Source: Octopus vulgaris | Lineage: Eukaryota | DNA length: 64,000 nucleotides | Direction of reading: 5' to 3' | Assembly: GCA_951406725.2 (NCBI GenBank) | Contig: OX597825.1 | Coordinates: 76,694,001-76,758,000, forward strand | Part shown: piece by piece, positions 54,557 through 64,000 of the stretch | Position numbering within the stretch: the first letter of the stretch is position 1 | Layout: every line of letters begins with the position of its first letter | Program-made: the position numbers and the translations under genes | The notes under the pieces: model-generated | The model's input: only the letters and a program-made list of their open reading frames with translations | Told to the model about the DNA's origin: nothing | Databases searched by the model: none

Positions 54557-54682
54557 TAAATATACATGAATCCATCGTAAATATATATATATATATATAT
54601 ATGATATAAATAAACGTACATACATTCCTTCCCGCAAAGCAAATTAAATAAAATTTGGGAATTTCTGCGGAGGGTGAAAGCG

Positions 54683-54885
54683 TAAGATTAGGTAGGGTAT
54701 ATAATACCACTTGCTAAAATTACAGCCATTGCTCCGAAAAACACCATAAAAATTACTATAAAGATAATTTTTATGGTAATTTTTACGATAATGTTTATGG
54801 TAATTATTATGGTAATTTTTGTGGTGCTTTTAGGAGCAATGGCTCTAGTTTTAGGAAACGGTATTATATACCCTACCTAATCTTA
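54683..54885. repeat. Long inverted repeat (~79 bp arms)
   Basis: TAAGATTAGGTAGGGTATATAATACC..GCCATTGCTCC and its reverse complement; spacer of TTATGGTAAT repeats. Confidence 0.9.
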
Positions 54886-54964
54886 AATTACTTTATATTG
54901 TGCCTGTAAAGGATGAAACTCGCTAGCCACCTTATTATCACTGAATATAAACGGTAATAATGCT

Positions 54965-55006
<42 letters not shown>

Positions 55007-55695
55007 ATGGATTTATTTCAGGTTCCGCCAACTAAATCTACTCATAAGACATTAGCCGACCTAGGGACTATAGTTGAATTCCCTTGCCCAAGGTGCCACG
55101 TTCCTTTGGGGACTTAACTAGTCTCAGCTAACAGTCTTCAAACATTGTTTAAGAACAACCCGACTGCATTTCTACAAACGAGAGAAGGAAAATGAACCTT
55201 TATGGCCGACAGACTTCAAATATATCGAAGAATGTATTTGTGCTGTGAAGTTTCTGAACTGAATGCAGACGTTGTTATTGTACACGCTCGTTCTTGTTGT
55301 TGTTGCTGTTGTTATCGTTTTTGTCTCATTTTATTCTCCGACGATGCCATTACGACTGTGATGAGGTGAGTCGGTCTTTTATGTAGTCATAGTGTATCTA
55401 AGAGTACATTAGTAATTGTTGCATACTTCCTTTCTTGAAGATAACAGCGTCTTGATTCAAGTGAGACTTCGTTTTTTATTGCTCATGAGTCCATCATGCG
55501 TGATTTTAGTTTTATGGCTATTGTTATTATTTTTGATAAAGTGTTGCTTTTGATATATATATATATGTATGTACATGTGTATATATCTACATATATCTAC
55601 ACATATCTACATATGTATACATACATATATATATATATGTATAGGTGTATTATATATATGTATATATATACACATATATATACTTATATATTTAC

Positions 55696-55735
<40 letters not shown>

Positions 55736-56144
55736 ACATATATATTTACATATATACATATATATATATATATATATATGTATACATACATATATATGTA
55801 TACATATACATACCTATACATATACATGAACATATATACATACATACATATATTACTATACATACACGCACATATGCACACTTATACACGCTCAAATATA
55901 GACATATACGCAGATGTTTGTGTGTATGTGTTTTCGTGTGTGTATGAATTCATGTACCTGTAAACAATATTCTACATGATTATCAAAAGCAGATTAATCT
56001 TGAGCTCAGCTGATCTAGACTCGCGTTTGTAGACTCTACCACACAGAATGCATAAAAAAGGCTCTGAACAACAAGAAAGACATAAACCACCGTCAACTGT
56101 ATCATTTCACAACTACCACCTTAAGAAGAAGGACAAAAACGACC

Positions 56145-57835
56145 ATTACCACCACCACCACCACCACCACCACCACCATTACCACCACCACCACCACCAC
56201 CACCACCACCACCACCACCACCACCACCACCACCACCACCACCACCACCACCACCACCACCACCACCACCACCACCACCACCACCACCACCACCACCACC
56301 ACCACCACCACCACCACCACCACCACCACCACCACCATTACCACCACCACCACCATTACTACCACCACCACCACCACCACCACTACTACCACAACCACCA
56401 CCACCACCACCACCACCACCACCACCACCACCACCACCACCACCACCACCACCACCACCACCACCACCACCACCACCACCACCACCACCACCACCACCAC
56501 CACCACCACCATTACCACCACCACCACCACCACCATTACCACCACCACCATTACCACCACCACCACCACCATTACTACCACCACGACCACCACCACCACC
56601 ACCACCACCACCACCACCACCACCACCACCACCACTACTACCACAACCACCACCACCACCACCACCACCACCACTACCACCACCACCATCGTCATCATCA
56701 TTATCAGGGCCCACCACAACATCAGCTACAACGCAACACTGACCACAACCAGCACCGCCACTACCACTACCACTACCATCACGGCTACAACGTCCAGCAT
56801 CCTCTTCAGTTTGTCAATACCATTTCGAGGAGATGTTGGTCAAAACCATATCCACACTCCTATACTACATTCTCATCTAGTTCTCCCCAGCCGTTCTTGC
56901 CCGTCCATCCAATCCGCTTCAACAGCTACTTTCATTATCTCTCCTATTCTACTATAATTTCTAAACTCTTCCTCCCAAACTCTTCCCCTCTTTGTCCTTC
57001 CTTCCTTCCTTCCTTCCTTCCTTCCTTCGCCTACTTCTATTTTCTCTTCTTTAATCACTTTCAAAATCGCAAACATTATATTTTCTTTCTGCCTCCTCCT
57101 CCACCTCTTCGTTTGCCTCGCTCTCCTTCTTTAAGTTTTGCCTTGCTCACTTTCACTTTTGCATCTCCAACTTATTCAAATACTTTCTTCTTTATCATCA
57201 TCATCGTCATCATCATCATCATCATCATCATCATCTTCTTAGTCGTCTTCTTGTTCTTGTTCTTGTTCTTCTTCTCCATCTTTTTCTTCTACTTTTTCTT
57301 CTAATTCTTCTATTTCATTTTGCTCCCCTTCCTCCATTTTCTCCATCTTCCTCTCTTCCTCTCCTCTTTCCTCTTTTCCCCCTTCTTCTTCTTCTTCCTC
57401 TTCTCTTCCATCTACCACCACCACCACCTCTACCACCACCACCACCACCACCACCACCACCACCACCACCACCACCACCACCACCACCACCACCACCACC
57501 ACCACCACCACCACCACCACCACCACCACCACCACCACCACCACCACCACCACCACCACCACCACCGCCGCCACCACACCACCACCGCCACCACCACCAC
57601 CACCACCACCACCACCACCACCACCACCACCACCGCCGCCGCCGCCACCACCACCACCACCACCACCACCACTACCACCACCACCACCATCGTCATCATC
57701 ATTATCAGGGCCCACCACAACATCAGCTACAACACAACACTGACACAACCAACACCGCCGCCGCCACCACCGCCCAGCATCGTTCTTGCCGATCCATCCA
57801 ATCCGCTTCATCAGCTACTTTCACTATCTCTCATA
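56145..57835 (+). repeat. Local direct duplication: (CAC)n plus unique tail, two copies
   Basis: CGTCATCATCATTATCAGGGCCCACCACAACATCAGCTACAAC follows (CAC)n at both ~56690 and ~57691. Confidence 0.9.
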
Positions 57836-58007
57836 TTTGCTGTTCACTGAACACTGGACTCACGCTGCGCTGCTCCAATTTACCGCTCTTATGAACATCG
57901 CTACAATGTTGCTTTACAGCCTGACGATTTTGCATCATATAGTCGTGCGCCTGTGTGTGTAGAATTCTGCGTTTGCCTGTATGTATATATGTTCTTGTGT
58001 ATGTTTG

Positions 58008-58075
<68 letters not shown>

Positions 58076-58174
58076 CGTATATATACATACACAAATATGT
58101 ATATATATATATGTATATATATATGTATATATGTATATATATATATATATACATAAACATACACACACAGACAA

Positions 58175-58228
<54 letters not shown>

Positions 58229-58231
58229 ATA

Positions 58232-58290
<59 letters not shown>

Positions 58291-58506
58291 GTATATATAT
58301 ACGGTCAGGTTAGCGAACCGACCTACCCACCCGTGTCATATATAAATGTATGTATATGTGTGTATCATATTACTGATGTATATATGCATATATTATTCAT
58401 GTATACAGATCTATATATACGTATATATATGTGTGTATGTCTATATACGCACACATATTTGTGTGTGTGTATGAACTCACTAGCATCGCTTCTCAATATA
58501 TTTATG

Positions 58507-58585
<79 letters not shown>

Positions 58586-58903
58586 TATGCATATACATAT
58601 GTATGTATATTTGTTTATATGTATGTGTGTATGCATGTATGTATATGCATCTCACAAGATTACGAGAATAATCATTGCCTACATTGATAGCAATGAGTTC
58701 TCTCAAATCTAACGCATGAAAATGCATGCTGTAGTGTATCTACGGCCTATATAATATTAACGTTTCTTTCTCCCCCCCTTCGTTCCTTCTTTCTTTCTTC
58801 CTTGCTTTCTTTCTTTATTTCTCTCTTTCCTTTTTTTCTTCATTTATTTTTTTCTGTCCTTATGTAAATGCGTATACGTATGGGATTGTGTATGTATCTG
58901 CCC

Positions 58904-58904
<1 letters not shown>

Positions 58905-58948
<44 letters not shown>

Positions 58949-58965
58949 TATATGCATTATATATA

Positions 58966-59008
<43 letters not shown>

Positions 59009-59028
59009 GCATATATGCATTATATGTA

Positions 59029-59063
<35 letters not shown>

Positions 59064-59126
59064 TATATGCATTATATGTAATGTGTATATATATATATAT
59101 ATATATGCATATATGCATTATATATA

Positions 59127-59163
<37 letters not shown>

Positions 59164-59230
59164 TATATGCATTATATATAATGTGTGTATATATATATAT
59201 GCACTATATATAATGTGTATATATATATAG

Positions 59231-59283
<53 letters not shown>

Positions 59284-59285
59284 CA
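58905..59285. repeat. Higher-order microsatellite [(TA)n-TGCATATATGCATTATAT]m plus (GATA)n
   Basis: Directly visible. Confidence 0.9.
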
Positions 59286-59691
59286 CACAGACACATATAC
59301 ATTGTATACAACTTATATAGTGCTGTTCCTCAGCGTTTGTATAAATTACTTATGCTATCCCATCATGCTTATCTATTCCACTTTAGGCTTTTTTTTCTTA
59401 GTCCCATCATTGTTTTTCCTCCAAAATATATTTCTTCATTTCTTCCTTCGTCTTCTTTTTTTCTTTCTTTATTTCTATTCTGCTACATTTTTTTCTTTTT
59501 CTTTTTTTTTCTCCTGCCAACATTCTTTCCCCATTTTTGAATATAATTATTATTAATAATATTTCATTTCTTCTTCTTCTTCTTCTTCTTCTTCTTCTTC
59601 TTCTTCTTCTTCTTCTTCTTCTTCTTCTTCTTCTTCTTCTTCTTCTTCTTCTTCTTCTTCTTCTTTCTCGTTTTCTTCCCGAGCGTGGTTT

Positions 59692-59723
<32 letters not shown>

Positions 59724-59941
59724 CATCATCATTATTATTATCATTATTATTATTATTGTCTTCGTCGTCGTCGTTGTCGTCGTTGTTGTCGTTGTTATTA
59801 TTGTTATTGCTTGTCTCATTCGATCAATCCCACTTCCTCGGTGCACAGCACATTTACTGGTTCTTTGCTGCTCTGCTAAGTACGTAAACGTGTGTGCAAT
59901 CAACCTATCTACAACAACAACAGCAACAACAACAACAACAA

Positions 59942-60029
<88 letters not shown>

Positions 60030-60544
60030 CATGTCGAGGCCTTCATGCGAGCTAATCGATGCGCATAGCTAAGTGCAGTTTCTGTTTCCCCAGGTGTGCA
60101 GGGGCGATATTGGTTTTAGATGGGTGAAGAGTTGCTTGCCTTGCATCCAATTTGCTCATTTGTTTGTTTTGATTTATTTGTTTGTCATTGTATTATTCTG
60201 CTGTCGTCGAAGTCGTCGTCCTCGTTGCTGTTGTTGTTGTTGTTGTGAACATTCTTGTTGCCATTGCTTATTATTGTGAAAGATTTTTTATAATTTAGAG
60301 AGGTGACGTGATAGTGTGAAACGTATATATTAAGTTATGTCTCTGTTGGGTTGCGTATTCCGCTATGCAAGTTGTGATAATGTGTAGAGAGTACCATGTA
60401 TTTATAGCAATGTACTAATGTGCTGTCATCGTCTATCTAGGATTATATATAGGGATGAGTATTCTTTCTTAACCACTTTTGCCCCAACTTCGATTTTCCA
60501 ACAATGTGTGCTCCACCGTCAATAGGCAATGTTCATATTCATAA

Positions 60545-61281
60545 GGCGGCGAGCTGGCAGAATCGTTAGCACGCCGGGCGAAATGCGTAGCCGTATTTCG
60601 TCTTGCATTACGTTCTGAGTTCAAATTCCGCCGAGGTCGACTTTGCCTTTCATCCTTTCGGGGTCGATAAATTAAATACCAGTTACGCACTGGGGTCGAT
60701 ACAATCGACTTAATCCGTTTGTGTGCCCTTGCTTGTACTCTCTGTGTTTAGCCCCTTGTGGGCAGTAAAGAAATAATTACGTTCTGAGTTCAAATTCCGC
60801 CGAGGTCGACTTTGCCTTTCATCCTTTCGGGGTCGATAAATTAAGTACCAGTTACGCACTGGGGTCGATACAATCGACTTAATCCGTTTGTGTGTCCTTG
60901 CTTGTACTCTCTGTGTTTAGCCCCTTGTGGGCAGTAAAGAAATAATTACGTTCTGAGTTCAAATTCCGCCGAGGTCGACTTTGCCTTTCATCCTTTCAGG
61001 GTCGATGAATTAAGTACTAGTTACGCACTGGGGTCGATACAATCGACTTAATCCGTTTGTCTGTCCTTGTTTGTCCTCTCTGTGTTTATCCCCTTGTGGG
61101 TAGTAAAGAGATAGGTATTTCGTTTGTTTTTACGTTCAGATTTCAAATTCCGCCGAGGTCGACTTTGCCTTTCATCCTTTCGGGGTCTATAAATTAAGTA
61201 CCAGTTGCATACTGGGGTCGATTTAATCGGCTGATCCCCTCCCCCAAATTTCGGACCTTGTGCCTGGAGCAGAAAGGAATA
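60545..61281 (+). mobile_element. SINE family 1 with three tandem 169 bp body units and an alternative tail unit
   Basis: ATTACGTTCTGAG at 60607, 60776 and 60945; TTCATATTCATA on both flanks. Confidence 0.9.
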
Positions 61282-61659
61282 TTCATATTCATACATGCGT
61301 ATAAACATAGATACATGCATACACGCACATACACATATGGAATAATAATAAGAAGCATTTGCGTTTTCCTTTTATATTGCCCTGAATTAGTTCTAGAACA
61401 TATTGTTAGAGTGAAATCCTTTCAAAATACAATAACATGCATTGTAAAACGAGTTATCACAAATCAAATTATTTCGAAATGAATTATTATATATTCCAAA
61501 ATGTCACATCACATCCAAAATACATTACGGATTCCAAAGTATATTAAAATGATTTCGAAATATCTTATTAAACTCTTCAAAGTCCATAAATGATAAAATT
61601 GCATCAAAGTACTTCTAACATAAATAGGAGGTTTTTCTGTTGTTTTTTTTTTGCGTTTC

Positions 61660-62083
61660 AAATTTGGACATAACGCCAGCAGTTATATATCGAGCAGTAA
61701 ATCGATTAGATCGACCCCAGTGCTCGACTGGCTCTCATTTTATCGATCTCGAAGTGATGAACAGCGAAGCTGACCTCGGCGGAATTTGAAATTCAGAACG
61801 TGGAATCGGAAGAAATTTTGCCAAGCAATTTCTTCGGCGTGCTAACGATTCTGCTATCTCCCACAAATAATCTTTTCAACTGGAAACACAAGGTCTCAAA
61901 TCTGGGGGAAGGATTAAGTCGATTATATCGACCCCAGTGCATAACTAATATTTATTTAATCGACCCGGAAAGGATGAAAGGCAAAGTCGACCTCGGCGGA
62001 ATTTGAACTCAGAATATAACGGCAGACGAAATACTGCTAAACATTTCGCCCGGCGTGCTAACGATTCTGCCAGCTCGCCGCCT
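61660..62083 (-). mobile_element. Two SINE family 1 copies
   Basis: Two GACCTCGGCGGAATTTGAA modules; the second ends GCCAGCTCGCCGCC. Confidence 0.8.
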
Positions 62084-62902
62084 TATCTTGCACAAATAAT
62101 TATAGCAATGATAATGTTGGTGACGATGTTGTGAGAACATGCTTTTGTCTAGTAGTGAACAAAGTTGAAGAATTTGCAGTTCTCTAATGAACCATACCAA
62201 TCGAAACAAGAACCAGATCGATTCTACTTGTAGTTCTTTCCAAATGAATGGACCCAATCAATAACTGCTCCCTCCCGTACATCCTGCCATAATATTTCAA
62301 GTGAAATTAAACCAAACTGATGGGTTAAACTATGGAACCTCTACATGGCGATTCAACCTGTTTAAAATAGCAGATAAATCTCCATCAAGTTACAACCTAC
62401 CGTCGAGAAAAGAGCAGGAAATAACGGACAACTGTAGTCGTTGAAGGTCAATATTCGAGAGAACTATGAGGTGGTCGGAGCTTGAACACCGTTGCTGTTA
62501 GATCTGCTGGAACGAGTCTGACTTAGGCGGGAATTTAAAGAACAACAACAAAATAATCCAATGAAGTAGCTTTAAGTAGTTGCACGATCTATTGCAATAA
62601 GCAGACGAACTCCGCTCAAATAGCATTTTACTCTCGTGTGTTGATGGTGCAATCCTTGAAGCGGATCCGCAAAGCTCGAGTGATTGATGAATTGGTCGCG
62701 GCTGGAAAGCTTTTGGATAGAAATTTGCCGGACCAGGTCATACCTGTGGATAAAGGATTAACATCAACAGAAATAAGTCAACAAGGAACACATGTGCGCT
62801 GTGAATAATAGCAAGCTAGAAATAGTAGCCAAATCACAAATCACAATCCGCTTTCTTGGAAAAGGAAAGGGCTCAGTGGAAAATTATGTTCCGGATGGAG
62901 AG

Positions 62903-63036
62903 ACTACTACTACTACTACTACCACCACCACCACCATCACCACCACTACTACTACTACCACCACCACTACCACCACCACCACCACTACCACTACCACTAC
63001 TACTACTACCACCACAACCACCACCATCACCACCAT

Positions 63037-63093
<57 letters not shown>

Positions 63094-63189
63094 AACCACC
63101 ACCACTACTACTACCACCACCACCACCACCACTACTACTACCACTACTACTACTACTACTACTACTGCAGCAGCAGTAGTAGAAATAAG

Positions 63190-63223
<34 letters not shown>

Positions 63224-63240
63224 ACAGCAGTAGCAACAAC
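62903..63240. repeat. (CTA/CAC/CAG)n trinucleotide tract
   Basis: Directly visible. Confidence 0.95.
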
Positions 63241-63640
63241 AAATGCATCCATAACAACAACAGTCACAACAGCTTCAGCATCAACAACAACAACATGAAG
63301 AAAGCAAAAAAAAAAGAGAAAAAACAACAGCGCTCAGTTAAGAAAAGCTACAGCGCCAATATCATCATCTGCAGCAACAACAACAACAACAGCAACAAGA
63401 ACGGTAACAACAAAAACGGCAGCACTAGTAGCAACAGCAACAGAGGAACCAGCAACAGAAGCAGCAGCAAAAAACAGCAGCAGCAAACGCAGCAGCAGCA
63501 ACGACAGTGTTATTAGTTACAATAGCAGCGACAACAACTGCAACACCAGCAACAGGCAATAATAAAGAAATAAACAAAATAGGCGGCTGTGAGGTGTGGG
63601 GAGGGGGTGGGGGTGGATTGTTCCCCAATTATTTGGTAAT

Positions 63641-63871
63641 TATTTCTTTACTACCCACCAAGGGCTAAACACAGAGAGGACAAACAAGGACAGACAGACG
63701 GATTAAGTCGATTATATCGACCGCAGTGCGTAACTGGTACTTAATTTATCGACCCTGAAAGGATGAAAGGCAAAGTTGACCTCGGCGGAATTTGAACTCA
63801 GAACGTTGCGGCAGACGAAATACGGCTACGCATTTCGCCCGGTGTGCTAACGTTTCTGCCAGCTCGTCGCC
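63641..63871 (-). mobile_element. SINE family 1, full length
   Basis: AATTATTTGGTAAT duplicated at 63627-63640 and 63877-63890. Confidence 0.92.
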
Positions 63872-64000
63872 TTCCGAATTATTTGGTAATGTCGATAACC
63901 TGGTTCGGTTTTGAATAAATGAAAAATTTGGCGAATTAAAGCGAAATCAGGAATCTAAAAATAGCAACAGAAGAAGAGTTCAACGTTTTACAAGCTGGTG

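Noticed and set aside
56048-57304. 418 aa His-rich ORF
   Set aside because: Stop-free only because of (CAC)n and pyrimidine repeats; no domain or splice evidence
60080-60130. Acceptor TTTCTGTTTCCCCAG with a short exon
   Set aside because: No recognisable peptide or convincing donor
60607-61113. CRISPR-like regular repeats (also 21.4-23.4 kb and 32.7-33.8 kb)
   Set aside because: Units are 100-170 bp without unique equal-length spacers; eukaryotic context; no cas genes

Overview
This is eukaryotic, AT-rich, repeat-saturated DNA with no recognisable intact protein-coding gene, rRNA, tRNA gene or CRISPR array. It reads as a large intron or intergenic segment. From recall, the repeat landscape resembles a coleoid cephalopod (Octopus-like) genome; that is an inference and was not checked. 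Nearly all listed ORFs are translations of microsatellites or SINEs. The supportable content is: many tRNA-headed SINEs of at least three families, several with target-site duplications or nested, tandem or fold-back forms; R4/Dong-type LINE fragments sitting in (TAA)n and (TACA)n tracts; a Tx1/L1-type ORF2 fragment; RTE-like remnants; mariner, pogo/Tigger-like and hAT-like DNA-transposon relics; several unrelated long palindromes; and two diverged tandem arrays. The most intriguing signal is a set of ~170-190 bp elements, each centred on a minimal hammerhead-ribozyme-like motif (Penelope/retrozyme-like) with non-canonical core bases. A possible promoter and first exon lies near 34.6-34.8 kb (low confidence). 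Coordinates of diverged repeats are approximate.
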